Source: Gammaproteobacteria bacterium (GTDB lineage Bacteria; Pseudomonadota; Gammaproteobacteria; Eutrophobiales; Eutrophobiaceae). Taken from it: 64,000 bases of DNA. Below are positions 10,116 through 20,285 of this stretch, piece after piece. Made by a program: the position numbers and the translations under genes. The DNA lies in assembly GCA_965222155.1 (NCBI GenBank), contig CBDCTH010000012.1, positions 128,001 to 192,000 of the forward strand. The letters run 5' to 3'. The first letter of the stretch is position 1, and every line of letters begins with the position of its first letter. The notes below the pieces were generated by a model, which was not told the origin of the DNA, ran no database searches, and was given only the letters and a program-made list of their open reading frames with translations.

Positions 10116-11102
10116 TTAAAATCTGTCCCCGCTGTTGTCCCCGCTCTGTCCCCGCTGTTGTCCCCGCTCTGTCCCCGCTGTTGTCCCCGCTCTGTCCCCG
10201 CTGTTGTCCCCGCTCTGTCCCCGCTGTTGTCCCCGCTCTGTCCCCGCTGTTGTCCCCGCTCTGTCCCCGCTGTTGTCCCACTGTCCCATTCCGACTACCT
10301 TGTGCTCCAAAGCCGGGAAAGATCGTCTTAATTCATGCACCCTGGCAAGGTCAATATCGGCACAGGCAACGCCCGGCCCTTCTTCCAGACTGCATAAAAT
10401 ATCACCCCAGGGATCGATAATCATGCTATGACCCCAGGTGCGCCTGGTTTCCGTATTCTGCCCGCCCTGGTTGGAGGCGATGACATAACAGAGGTTTTCC
10501 ACCGCTCGAGCGCGCAAAAATAATTCCCAATGGCGTTTTCCTGTAGCGTAGGTAAATGCAGAGGGGACGGTAATTATTTCTGCCTGCTGCCTGGACAGTT
10601 CACGATACAGTTCCGGGAACCGGAGGTCGTAGCATACCGACATGCCGATCCTGCCTAACGGAGTTTCCGCCACGACGATATTGCTGCCCGGTACGATAGT
10701 ATCAGATTCATTGTACACCTCTTTTTCTTCGTTCCCCACCTGGACGTCGAACAGGTGAATCTTGTCATAGCGATGAGTACAGAGGCCATCAGGGCTGAAC
10801 AGCAGGCAGGTATTATACACACGGTCAGCCTGTTCACTTTGCAATGAAAAGGTGCCTGCCATCAGCCAGATCCGGTTGGTCTCGGCCTGGGCGGCGAGGA
10901 AATCCTGGATAGGACCCTGTCCCGGTACTTCCCCGATGCTGATTTTTGCCGTTTCATCGTCACTCATGACAGGGAAATATTCCGGCAACAAGGCAAACCC
11001 GGCGCCCTGGCCGGCCGCTTCCTTTATCAGGTCGGCAGCCTGGGCAAGATTGGCTTGCAGGTTATCGGAGGAAACCATCTGGATTGTTGCAACTCTGGAC
11101 AT
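10116..11102 (-). CDS. carbon-nitrogen hydrolase (Nit1/deaminated glutathione amidase type) with repeat-derived C-terminal tail
   Basis: LPE, YDKIHLFDV, CYDLRFPE triad; adjacent to tldD; last ~55 aa come from the tandem repeat. Confidence 0.9.
   Translation of the reverse strand: MSRVATIQMVSSDNLQANLAQAADLIKEAAGQGAGFALLPEYFPVMSDDETAKISIGEVPGQGPIQDFLAAQAETNRIWLMAGTFSLQSEQADRVYNTCLLFSPDGLCTHRYDKIHLFDVQVGNEEKEVYNESDTIVPGSNIVVAETPLGRIGMSVCYDLRFPELYRELSRQQAEIITVPSAFTYATGKRHWELFLRARAVENLCYVIASNQGGQNTETRRTWGHSMIIDPWGDILCSLEEGPGVACADIDLARVHELRRSFPALEHKVVGMGQWDNSGDRAGTTAGTERGQQRGQSGDNSGDRAGTTAGTERGQQRGQSGDNSGDRF
10123..10279. repeat. 23-bp tandem repeat x~6.8 (ctgtccccgctgttgtccccgct)
   Basis: starts inside the right arm of the palindrome at 10106-10130. 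Confidence 0.95.
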
Positions 11103-11266
11103 TATGACATTATACGCAACTCTTTGATTAAGTTACATTGATAAACGGAGGAGTGTCAGGGCGAACGCATACGTTAAAATCCGGTATTTGAATTAATGAT
11201 TGTCCCAGGCTCAATATCGGTGATATATAGAATTATGTATTAACTTATCCTGTACATCCATGTTAG

Positions 11267-11442
11267 CAGGCGCTCCCGCTAAATCGAAGTCAATACAGTG
11301 ATTTTTACCGAAGACAGGGGGGGACAGATTTAAATCTGTCCCCCAAGTTCCCATAAAGGGGCATGTTTCCCTGGGAGGGAGGGTGTCTCGCCCTCCACGA
11401 GGGCAGGATGCCCCCGATCCCGGAAGTTAGCGGGAACTGCTG
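11267..11442 (+). mobile_element. ~175 bp MITE, copy A, with 9-bp TSD
   Basis: ends caggcgctcccgctaa / ttagcgggaactgctg; ccatgttag on both sides (11258-11266, 11443-11451). Confidence 0.88.
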
Positions 11443-11531
11443 CCATGTTAGTTCCCTCCTGTGCATCCGTGTAGAATACACATATAATCTCAACGGTTTA
11501 AATAAGTGAAGTTTAATAAAGAGACAGGATA

Positions 11532-12845
11532 ATGAAACCAATAAAAATAGGGTTGCTTGGCCTGGGTACGGTAGGCGGGGGCGTTGTCACCGTATTGACT
11601 CGGAATGCCCATGAAATCGCCCGGCGCGCCGGCAGGGAAGTGGTCATCAGTCATGCTGCGGCAAAAGAATATGATGCCAGCGCCATCCACGGCCTGGACC
11701 AGGTAGAGCGGATTACGGACGACGGTTTTGCCGTCGTCAATGACCCGGAAGTTGAAATAGTCATTGAACTGATAGGCGGTTACTCACCGGCAAAAGAACT
11801 GGTTTTGCGGGCTATTGAGAATAAAAAACACGTTGTTACCGCAAACAAGGCCATGATTGCCGTTCACGGTAATGATATCTTCAGCGCGGCGCTGGAAATG
11901 GGCGTCATCGTGGCGTTCGAAGCCGCAGTCGCCGGGGGCATCCCCATTATCAAGGCGATACGGGAAGGTCTGGTGGCGAACCGTATTCAATGGGCAGCCG
12001 GTATTATCAACGGTACCGGAAATTTCATCCTCACGGAGATGCGGGATAAGGGCAGGGACTTTGCCGAGGTGTTAAAAGAAGCGCAGGAACTGGGGTATGC
12101 GGAAGCCGACCCGACGTTCGACGTTGAAGGTATTGATGCCGCGCACAAGTTGACCATTATGGGCTCCATAGCTTTCGGTATCCCGCTGCAGTTTGAGAAA
12201 ACCTATACCGAGGGTATCAGCAAAATAGAACGGCAGGACGTGGCCTATGCCGATGAACTGGGTTATCGAATTAAACATCTGGGCATTGCCAGGAGAACCG
12301 ATACGGGAATTGAGCTTCGGGTCCACCCCACACTGATCCCCGCAAGAAGACTGATCGCCAACGTGGACGGGGTGATGAACGCAGTACTGGTGCAGGGCGA
12401 TGCGGTGGGACCAACCTTGTATTACGGCGCCGGCGCCGGTTCCCTGCCGACTGCCTCCTCCGTCGTAGCTGATGTGATTGACGTTGTGAGAGCCTTGACT
12501 ACCGATCCGGAAAACCGGGTGCCGCACCTGGCGTTTCAACCGGATGCCATGTCGGATGTGTCCGTGCTGGACATGGAAGACATCCGCACTGCTTATTATT
12601 TGCGAATGCAGGCCGTTGATAAGCCCGGCGTTTTGTCCGGGATAACGACGATTTTAGCGAACCTGGATATCAGTATCGAGGCGATGATCCAGAAGGAACC
12701 CGAACCGGGCGCCAGCCACGTCCCGATCATCATGCTTACCCAGCGGGTACTTGAACGCAACATGAATAGCGCCATCGGGCAAATCGAGGCCCTGGATTCA
12801 ATAGATGGAAACGTACACCGAATCAGGGTTGAATCCCTCGATTAG
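11532..12845 (+). CDS. hom: homoserine dehydrogenase
   Basis: GLGTVGGG, VVTANKA, EAAVAGGIP, GYAEADP, C-terminal ACT domain. Confidence 0.97.
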   Translation: MKPIKIGLLGLGTVGGGVVTVLTRNAHEIARRAGREVVISHAAAKEYDASAIHGLDQVERITDDGFAVVNDPEVEIVIELIGGYSPAKELVLRAIENKKHVVTANKAMIAVHGNDIFSAALEMGVIVAFEAAVAGGIPIIKAIREGLVANRIQWAAGIINGTGNFILTEMRDKGRDFAEVLKEAQELGYAEADPTFDVEGIDAAHKLTIMGSIAFGIPLQFEKTYTEGISKIERQDVAYADELGYRIKHLGIARRTDTGIELRVHPTLIPARRLIANVDGVMNAVLVQGDAVGPTLYYGAGAGSLPTASSVVADVIDVVRALTTDPENRVPHLAFQPDAMSDVSVLDMEDIRTAYYLRMQAVDKPGVLSGITTILANLDISIEAMIQKEPEPGASHVPIIMLTQRVLERNMNSAIGQIEALDSIDGNVHRIRVESLD

Positions 12846-12883
12846 ACCTCATGTTTTATCCGCAGATGACGCAGATTTATTAT

Positions 12884-13153
12884 GCCACAGAGGACACAGA
12901 GAGCACAGAGTGGACCGAGAAGCCCGGCAAACCTGGTTTTCCTTTGTATGCTCTGTGCCCTCTGTCAGGTGCTCCCGCTAACTCGAAGTCAATACAGTGA
13001 TTCTTACCGGATTCGAAGACAGAGGGGACAGATTTAAATCTGTCCCCCAGGAGTCACGGGCATTTTCCCCTGGGAGGGAGGGCGTCTTGCCCTCCAAGAG
13101 GGCAGGATGCCCTCGGTCCCGGGAGTTAGCGGGAACTGCTGGCCCTCTGTGGC
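12884..13153. repeat. 9-bp-periodic inverted arms (gccacagaggacacagagagcacagag ... ctctgtgccctctgtggc) interrupted by MITE copy B
   Basis: right arm is split by the MITE; ccgcagatgacgcagattt at ~12860 is a further 9-bp-periodic arm. Confidence 0.7.
12966..13141 (+). mobile_element. ~175 bp MITE, copy B, with 9-bp TSD
   Basis: same ends as copy A; gccctctgt at 12957-12965 and 13142-13150. Confidence 0.88.
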
Positions 13154-13185
13154 TTTCCTGTTATTAAAATTGTGAGTCAGCGTAA

Positions 13186-14295
13186 ATGACAGGTTTGATT
13201 GAACGTTACCGCAAACGCTTGCCGGTGGCGGCTAATGCGCGCGTCATCACCCTGGGTGAGGGGAATACGCCGTTGATCCGGCTGGAAAATATACCCGAGG
13301 CTAACGACAGGGACATCGAATTATATGTGAAGTATGAAGGCTTGAACCCGACCGGCTCTTTCAAGGACCGGGGGATGACCATGGCGATCACCCAGGCGGT
13401 CAGCGAGGGTTCGCAGGCTGTCGTCTGCGCCTCCACGGGCAATACCTCGGCCTCCGCCGCGGCCTATGCAGCCAGGGCCGGCGTAATATCCTATGTTCTT
13501 ATCCCTGACGGGAAGATCGCCATGGGAAAACTGGCCCAGGCCATGATGCACGGCGCCATTGTCATCCAGGTTGAAGGTAATTTTGACGATGGTATGCGGC
13601 TGGTAAAAGAAGTGGCACTTGAGGCGCCGGTTAACATAGTCAACTCGATCAATCCGTACCGTTTGCAAGGCCAGAAAACCGCCGCATTCGAGATTATGGA
13701 CGAACTGGGTAACACTCCGGATTTTCACTGTCTGCCTGTAGGGAATGCCGGCAATATCTCCGCATATTGGGCCGGTTACAGCGAGTATGCAGGGATGACC
13801 ACCGGAGTCAGTGATTTACTGGATGGGCAATGTCCGTATCATCTCGAAGCGGTTGTGGATAAACTACCCCGGATGCTGGGCTACCAGGCCTCCGGCGCGG
13901 CGCCTTTTCTACGGGGCGAAATGATCAAGGCGCCCGAGACCGTCGCCAGCGCCATCCGCATCGGCCATCCCCAGTCCTGGGACCTGGCCTGGGCGGCAAG
14001 CAGACAGTCCGAAGGTTGGTTTGACGAGTTCAGTGATGAAGAGATCCTGGCAACACAGGCGTTGCTGGCTGCCGGAGAAGGTATATTTTGCGAACCTGCC
14101 TCAGCTGTATCGGTCGCCGGCGCCCTGCGCGACATCAGCACAGGCAGGATCCCGGCGGGGAGCACAGTCGTTTGTACCCTGACCGGACACGGCCTGAAAG
14201 ACCCGGATATCGCCATGCAGCAAAGTTCCGCCGCGGTAACAAAGGTCCCGGTAGACCTCGATGCCGTAAAGAGAGTCATTCTTGACAACATGTAA
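13186..14295 (+). CDS. thrC: threonine synthase
   Basis: [14 protein letters not shown] lysine, [22 protein letters not shown]. Confidence 0.96.
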   Translation: MTGLIERYRKRLPVAANARVITLGEGNTPLIRLENIPEANDRDIELYVKYEGLNPTGSFKDRGMTMAITQAVSEGSQAVVCASTGNTSASAAAYAARAGVISYVLIPDGKIAMGKLAQAMMHGAIVIQVEGNFDDGMRLVKEVALEAPVNIVNSINPYRLQGQKTAAFEIMDELGNTPDFHCLPVGNAGNISAYWAGYSEYAGMTTGVSDLLDGQCPYHLEAVVDKLPRMLGYQASGAAPFLRGEMIKAPETVASAIRIGHPQSWDLAWAASRQSEGWFDEFSDEEILATQALLAAGEGIFCEPASAVSVAGALRDISTGRIPAGSTVVCTLTGHGLKDPDIAMQQSSAAVTKVPVDLDAVKRVILDNM

Positions 14296-14758
14296 GACAG
14301 ACTCGTCGGATGGTCTGAAGGATACCTTGACTTTTGACCGAATCCAGGTCGAAGACACCTACCGGACAGAACCCTACAGCGTATCGTTCGATGAAATGTT
14401 TGAGTTCAACCGGATGTGGGATCCCCTGCCAATCCACCTGGACGAAGCGGCCGCTCTGGCGGCCGGCCATAAGACCATTATTGCCTCGGGGCAATATACA
14501 TTGTGTATCAAACAATACTTTATGAATCAAATGCCCTGGCGCGAGGCAGTTATAGGCGCTATCGGGTTCGATGAACTTCGATTTCTCAATCCTGTCCATG
14601 TCGGCGACATTATTTCCATAAAGGTGGTATGTATCGATAAACGCAGGTCAAGGAGTAAGCCGGACCGGGGTATTTGTAAATTCAGGGTAGAGATGTCCAA
14701 CCAGGATAACGCCGTCGTTTTGACTTACACGGATATCGTCATGCTCAAGAGACGGTAA
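14282..14758 (+). CDS. MaoC-family (hotdog) dehydratase
   Basis: [25 protein letters not shown]; start uncertain. Confidence 0.8.
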   Translation: MTTCKTDSSDGLKDTLTFDRIQVEDTYRTEPYSVSFDEMFEFNRMWDPLPIHLDEAAALAAGHKTIIASGQYTLCIKQYFMNQMPWREAVIGAIGFDELRFLNPVHVGDIISIKVVCIDKRRSRSKPDRGICKFRVEMSNQDNAVVLTYTDIVMLKRR

Positions 14759-14763
14759 AGTAG

Positions 14764-14913
14764 GGAAGCTCTGACAAGTCCGTCCAGGACTTGTCAGAGC
14801 ACGGAAACCAAAAATGCGATTTTTGTTTTCCTCACAAAATCAATGACATAAAGTCATTGATTTTGACGGCACATCCCTGTACCGTAGGGACCTCTGACTT
14901 AATCAGAGGTTCC
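14764..14913. mobile_element. IS5-like MITE (~150 bp)
   Basis: ends ggaagctctga / tcagaggttcc flanked by gtag / ttag; internal hairpins. Confidence 0.55.
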
Positions 14914-14952
14914 TTAGTAATAAGTCTCAATCGTCTTCAATAGTATCGATTT

Positions 14953-16674
14953 ATGAAAATCACCCGTCGCGTTGTTTCTTCTGAGTGCGGCCTGCCGGAT
15001 TCGATTCATCCGGTGATGCGGCGTATCTTCGCTGGCAGAAATATCTCATCATTGCGTGAACTGGATTATTCGCTGACAAATCTTCTGCCGTTCGGCAGGT
15101 TGAAAAATATCGATGCGGCGGCCGGATTGCTCATAGACGCTATCCGCAACGACAAACGGATACTCGTCATAGCGGATTATGATGCGGACGGCGCAACCGC
15201 CTGTGCCGTGGCCTTACGCGGGCTGTGTCTGCTGGGTGCCAGGCAGGTTGTCTACATGGTGCCGGACCGGGTAAAACACGGTTATGGCTTGAGTCCCGAC
15301 GTAGTCCGCCGGGCCCTGGAGTTTGAACCCGACCTCCTGGTGACCGTGGATAACGGTATTTCCAGTCTGGCCGGCGTCGACTTTGCCCGTAGCGCCGGGG
15401 TCGACGTATTGATTACGGATCATCACCTGCCGGGCAAAGAGCTTCCTGCCGCCAACGTCATCGTCAACCCGAATCAGCCGGGTGATCAGTTCCCAAGCAA
15501 GTGTATCGCGGGTGTCGGCGTCATGTTTTACGTACTACTGGCAGTCAGGGCCGGGTTGAGGGATGCGAACTGGTTTGAAGGGCAAGGACTGCGAACGCCG
15601 AACTTCGCGCCACTGCTCGACCTGGTAGCGCTGGGCACCGTTGCCGACGTGGTGGAACTGGATTTCAATAACCGTATCCTGGTTGGGCAGGGTCTGAAGT
15701 GGATCAGGGCGCGGCGCTGTTCCCAGGGTGTCATGGCCTTGATCCGGATCGCCGGCAGCGTGCCCGAGAGGATTACTTCCGCTGATCTCGGATTTCTGCT
15801 GGGTCCGAGGTTGAATGCGGCCGGCCGCCTGGCTGACATGAGCCTGGGTATCGAATGCCTGCTCACGGATGATTTTTCCAGTGCAGTTTCCCTGGCGTTG
15901 CAACTGGATAAATTCAATCGTGAGAGAAAACTGGTCCAGGCTGACATGCAGGAAGAGGCTGAGGCTTATCTGCGCGACGTCGTTGAACTGGAGCAGGGTG
16001 AGTTGCCCTTCGGAGTGTGCCTGTATGACGCCGGCTGGCACCAGGGCGTTGTCGGGATTCTGGCAGGCAGGATAAAAGAGATGGTAAACCGCCCGGTGCT
16101 CATATTTGCATCAGCAGGTGAAGGTTTACTGAAGGGCTCCGGGCGGTCAATCTCCGGGATACACCTGAAAGACGTTCTGGAGGCGCTGGCAGTGCAATAT
16201 CCCAGCCTGATACAGCGCTACGGAGGCCATGCCATGGCTGCAGGTTTGACGATCAGGGAAGCCGATTATGCCGAATTCAGGGAATTGTTTGATGCGCAGG
16301 TCAGAAGTTTGACGGCAGGACGGCTGCCGGGAGCGGAGATCATAACGGACGGTAAGCTGGAACCCGCCGATATCAGCCTGGAGCTTGCCGGAGAAATTGA
16401 AAACGCAGGCCCCTGGGGACAGGGTTTCCCCGAACCCCTGTTCGATAATGTCTTCACCGTTGTCGATGCAAGGACGGTGGGAAACCGGCACCTGAAAATG
16501 AAGCTGCTCCCTGGTGGCGCGGAACGGGCCGTCGAAGCCATATCGTTCAATACGGGACGGGATGCAATCGAGGAGTCTGCGCAGTCGCATCGCTTTGTCT
16601 ACCGCCTGGCAATCAACGACTACAACGGGGCGCGAACCCCGCAACTCATCGTAGAGCATATACAGAGTGAGTAA
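14953..16674 (+). CDS. recJ: single-stranded-DNA-specific exonuclease RecJ
   Basis: DYDADGAT, TVDNG, TDHH, GPRLNAAGR, GGHAMAAG. Confidence 0.97.
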   Translation: MKITRRVVSSECGLPDSIHPVMRRIFAGRNISSLRELDYSLTNLLPFGRLKNIDAAAGLLIDAIRNDKRILVIADYDADGATACAVALRGLCLLGARQVVYMVPDRVKHGYGLSPDVVRRALEFEPDLLVTVDNGISSLAGVDFARSAGVDVLITDHHLPGKELPAANVIVNPNQPGDQFPSKCIAGVGVMFYVLLAVRAGLRDANWFEGQGLRTPNFAPLLDLVALGTVADVVELDFNNRILVGQGLKWIRARRCSQGVMALIRIAGSVPERITSADLGFLLGPRLNAAGRLADMSLGIECLLTDDFSSAVSLALQLDKFNRERKLVQADMQEEAEAYLRDVVELEQGELPFGVCLYDAGWHQGVVGILAGRIKEMVNRPVLIFASAGEGLLKGSGRSISGIHLKDVLEALAVQYPSLIQRYGGHAMAAGLTIREADYAEFRELFDAQVRSLTAGRLPGAEIITDGKLEPADISLELAGEIENAGPWGQGFPEPLFDNVFTVVDARTVGNRHLKMKLLPGGAERAVEAISFNTGRDAIEESAQSHRFVYRLAINDYNGARTPQLIVEHIQSE

Positions 16675-16797
16675 GCAACAGCGGACAGACCCCTGCTTAC
16701 TACATGCCGGGGCATGCTTATGTCCGTTCCCATTGCCGCGCTCCCCGATACCCTGTAAAATCTGTCCCCGTTACTATATTGATGACAAAATGGAAAA

Positions 16798-17896
16798 ATG
16801 CTGGAACTGACTTCAATTATCGCCCGAATTAAAGACTGCCAGGGGAGAATCGAATCCCTGAGGAGGTATCTTTGACTTAGATGCCAAGGTCAAACGCCTG
16901 CAGGAAGTCAGGCAGGAGTTGGAAAATTCCGATATATGGAATGAACCGGACCGCGCCCAGGCATTAGGTAAAGAGCGGGCGCTGCTTGAAAAAACGGTTA
17001 AGACAATAGAATCGATCAGCCAGGGAATGGACGACGCTGAGTTGTTGCTCGATATGGCGAAGCAGGAAGACGACGCCGACGTCGTGGCTGAGGTCGTTGC
17101 CGACCTTGACAAGCATGCTGCACAGATACACGAGTTGGAATTCCGGCGTATGTTTTCCGGCGAGATGGACCCGAACAATGCATTTCTCGATATCCAGTCC
17201 GGTTCGGGCGGTACCGAAGCCCAGGATTGGGCCGAAATGCTGCTGCGCATGTATTTACGCTGGGGCGAACAGCGTGGTTTCAAGACGGAAATGATCGAAG
17301 TGTCACCCGGCGAAGTGGCCGGGGTGAAAAGCGCGACAGTCAGGTATGTGGGTGGCTATGCTTACGGTTGGTTGCGCACGGAAACAGGGGTACACAGGCT
17401 GGTAAGGAAATCCCCGTTTGATTCCGGCAATCGGCGCCATACGTCTTTCGCTTCGGTATTCGTTGTGCCAGAGATTGATGACAATATTGAGGTGGATATC
17501 GATACTGCCGACCTGCGTGTAGACACTTACAGGGCCAGCGGAGCCGGAGGACAGCATGTCAACAAAACCGATTCCGCGGTGAGAATGACCCATATTCCCA
17601 CGGGCATAGTCGTACAGTGCCAGAATGATCGTTCCCAGCATAAGAACAGGGACCAGGCGATGAAACAGTTGCGCGCCAAGTTGTACGAACTGGAACTGCA
17701 AAAACGCATGTCCGAACAAAAAGCCATGGAGGAATCCAAGGCCGATATAGGCTGGGGCAACCAGATCCGTTCTTATGTACTGGACCAGTCCAGGATCAAG
17801 GATTTGCGCACCGGCGTGGAGACCGGCAATACCCAGGCCGTCCTGGACGGCAGCCTGGACCGGTTCATGGAAGCCAGTCTCAAGGCCGGAGTATAA
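16798..17896 (+). CDS. prfB: peptide chain release factor 2, programmed +1 frameshift
   Basis: ATG 16798 MLELTS...LRRYL then AGGAGG-TAT-CTT-TGA-C (16861-16876); SPF and GGQ motifs in the +1 frame. Confidence 0.97.
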
Positions 17897-17911
17897 TAAC
17901 CAAGGGAAAAA

Positions 17912-18048
17912 TTAACATGGATGTACAGGATGAACAGGATATATGAAAAAATATTCTTGTTTCTTTCAAGCCATTGCCTGCCGGAATGGCACATTAACTA
18001 AAACATTATTTTATTTTTTATCCTGTATATCTTGTATATCGATGTTAA
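17912..18048. repeat. gene-less pair of the GxxExxY-type inverted arms
   Basis: ttaacatggatgtacaggatgaacaggatat ... tatcctgtatatcttgtatatcgatgttaa. Confidence 0.8.
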
Positions 18049-18063
18049 ATTAAAAGGAACAGA

Positions 18064-19557
18064 ATGCAGACGAAAGACGACGACAACGAGATCATCAGGC
18101 AACGGCGTGCGCAGTTGCAGGAACTGCGTGAATCCGGCAATGCTTACCCGAATGACTTCAGGCGGACTATTCTGGCCGCCGATTTGCATGCCCGCTTCGG
18201 TGACAAGGATCGGGAACGGCTTGAGGGAGAGGTTGAAAAATTCAATCTTGCCGGCAGGATGATGAGCCGCCGGGTCATGGGTAAGGTAGCGTTTGCCCAC
18301 ATCCGGGACATGTCCGGGCAGATCCAGCTTTTTATCAGGCGTGACAACCTGCCGGACGGCGCCTATGCCGAGTTCAAGAGGTGGGATATCGGTGACATCA
18401 TTGCCGTGACAGGGAGTGTCTTCAAGACGAAAACCGGGGAACTGTCGATACAGGTTGACAGCGTCCGGCTGCTGGTCAAGTCATTGCGGCCCCTGCCCGA
18501 GAAATTCCATGGTCTGTCAGACCAGGAAACCCGTTACCGGCAGCGTTACCTGGACCTGATTACCAATGAAACGACCCGGCAGACGTTTCAAATCCGCACC
18601 CGCGTGATCAATCATCTGCGCGCTTACCTGAGCGGCTGTGGTTTCCTTGAAGTGGAAACGCCGATGATGCAGGCAATTCCCGGCGGCGCCGCGGCAAGAC
18701 CGTTTATTACCCACCATAACTCGCTGGATATGGATCTGTACCTGCGTATAGCGCCTGAACTGTATCTGAAGAGACTGGTTGTCGGCGGTTTTGAAAAGGT
18801 GTTCGAGATCAACAGAAATTTTCGCAACGAAGGACTGTCGCTGCAGCACAATCCCGAATTCACCATGCTCGAGTTTTACTGGGCTTATGCGGGCTACGAG
18901 GACATGATGGCGCTGACAGAGACCCTGTTGCGTTCTCTGGCAACAGAAGTGAAAGGGGAAACCGCAATTGAATACCAGGGGGAAACATACGATTTCGGCC
19001 AGGATTTCCGTCGAATGACGGTACAGGAAGCTATCCTTTCTTATAACCCGGATTTATCAGCAGGTGATCTCAATGACCTGGATAAGTTGCGTAACATCGC
19101 CGCGAGCATGGGTGTGGAGGTGAAAGAAACCCATGGTGCCGGTAAGCTGCAGGTAGAAGTATTCGAGAAAACCGTGGAGGCGAAACTGAATCAACCCACA
19201 TTTATCACCAGCTATCCAATCGAAGTATCACCATTGTCCAGGCGCAATGACGCACAGCCTGACTTTGCAGATCGATTTGAACTGTTCATCGGAGGACGCG
19301 AGATTGCAAACGGATTTTCTGAGTTAAACGATCCCGATGACCAGGCCGGGCGGTTTCGCAAACAGGCCGAGGAAAAAGCGTCCGGTGATGAGGAAGCCAT
19401 GCACTATGATGCCGATTACATCACGGCCCTGGAATACGGTATGCCACCTACTGCCGGTGAGGGTATCGGTATCGACCGGCTGGTCATGCTGCTTACGGAT
19501 TCGGCATCCATCCGTGACGTGATTTTATTTCCCCAGTTGAGGAAAAAAGAATCATAG
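18064..19557 (+). CDS. lysS: lysine--tRNA ligase
   Basis: [36 protein letters not shown]; follows prfB. Confidence 0.98.
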   Translation: MQTKDDDNEIIRQRRAQLQELRESGNAYPNDFRRTILAADLHARFGDKDRERLEGEVEKFNLAGRMMSRRVMGKVAFAHIRDMSGQIQLFIRRDNLPDGAYAEFKRWDIGDIIAVTGSVFKTKTGELSIQVDSVRLLVKSLRPLPEKFHGLSDQETRYRQRYLDLITNETTRQTFQIRTRVINHLRAYLSGCGFLEVETPMMQAIPGGAAARPFITHHNSLDMDLYLRIAPELYLKRLVVGGFEKVFEINRNFRNEGLSLQHNPEFTMLEFYWAYAGYEDMMALTETLLRSLATEVKGETAIEYQGETYDFGQDFRRMTVQEAILSYNPDLSAGDLNDLDKLRNIAASMGVEVKETHGAGKLQVEVFEKTVEAKLNQPTFITSYPIEVSPLSRRNDAQPDFADRFELFIGGREIANGFSELNDPDDQAGRFRKQAEEKASGDEEAMHYDADYITALEYGMPPTAGEGIGIDRLVMLLTDSASIRDVILFPQLRKKES

Positions 19558-19719
19558 AAACATGGTTTTCCCTATCCTGGAATGAAACTTTGCCATTTTG
19601 ACAGAGTCTACATGGTGGTATACTACATCCGGGAGTTTACAGGTATCATGAGGTGTACAATGGAGAAAATCCGGCTGCCCCAACATGATGTTATCAAACC
19701 AAGTCAGGAGGAATCACTG

Positions 19720-20193
19720 ATGTCGAAAAAGACTACTTTAAAACCTATAGCGGCTGCATTGGGAACCACTTTTGCAGTTTCACTCACCCTCAGCCCTATT
19801 GCCAATGCTGCTGAGAACCCGTTCACCATGACTGAACTGTCCCAGGGTGGTTACATGGTCGCAGATTCTCATGGGGATGGTGAAGGCAAATGCGGCGAAG
19901 GCAAGTGCGGCGAGGATAAGGAAGGCGAAGGCAAGTGCGGCGAGGATAAGGAAGGCGAAGGCAAGTGCGGCGAGGATAAGGAAGGCGAAGGCAAGTGCGG
20001 CGAGGATAAGGAAGGCGAAGGCAAGTGCGGCGAGGATAAGGAAGGCGAAGGCAAGTGCGGCGAGGATAAGGAAGGCGAAGGCAAGTGCGGCGAAGGTAAA
20101 TGTGGCGAAGGCAAGTGCGGTGAGGACAAGGAAGGTGAAGGCAAGTGCGGCGAAGGTAAATGCGGCGAAGGCAAGTGCGGTGAAGACAAGTAA
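19720..20193 (+). CDS. HvfA-type RiPP precursor: signal peptide plus 13 EGKCG repeats
   Basis: AGGAGG RBS, Sec signal (..ANA|AENPF), EGKCG x13; upstream of DUF692. Confidence 0.88.
   Translation: MSKKTTLKPIAAALGTTFAVSLTLSPIANAAENPFTMTELSQGGYMVADSHGDGEGKCGEGKCGEDKEGEGKCGEDKEGEGKCGEDKEGEGKCGEDKEGEGKCGEDKEGEGKCGEDKEGEGKCGEGKCGEGKCGEDKEGEGKCGEGKCGEGKCGEDK
19921..20070. repeat. 30-bp perfect tandem repeat x5 inside the precursor
   Basis: gaaggcgaaggcaagtgcggcgaggataag. Confidence 0.95.
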
Positions 20194-20285
20194 GGATAAT
20201 CTGCATCTGTCACCAGACCTGTCCCGGAGTTCGGCATTCCAGGCACATATACGCGCCGTCTTCGGCTGATTCTGAACGGTCTGGT

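Noticed and set aside
10009-10431. Cys/Pro-rich ORFs over the 23-bp repeat as RiPP precursors for TldD
   Set aside because: Frames are open only because the repeat lacks stops; no RBS or leader
13786-13860. Short insertion in ThrC as a possible intein
   Set aside because: Far too short and lacks intein terminal residues; more likely a surface loop
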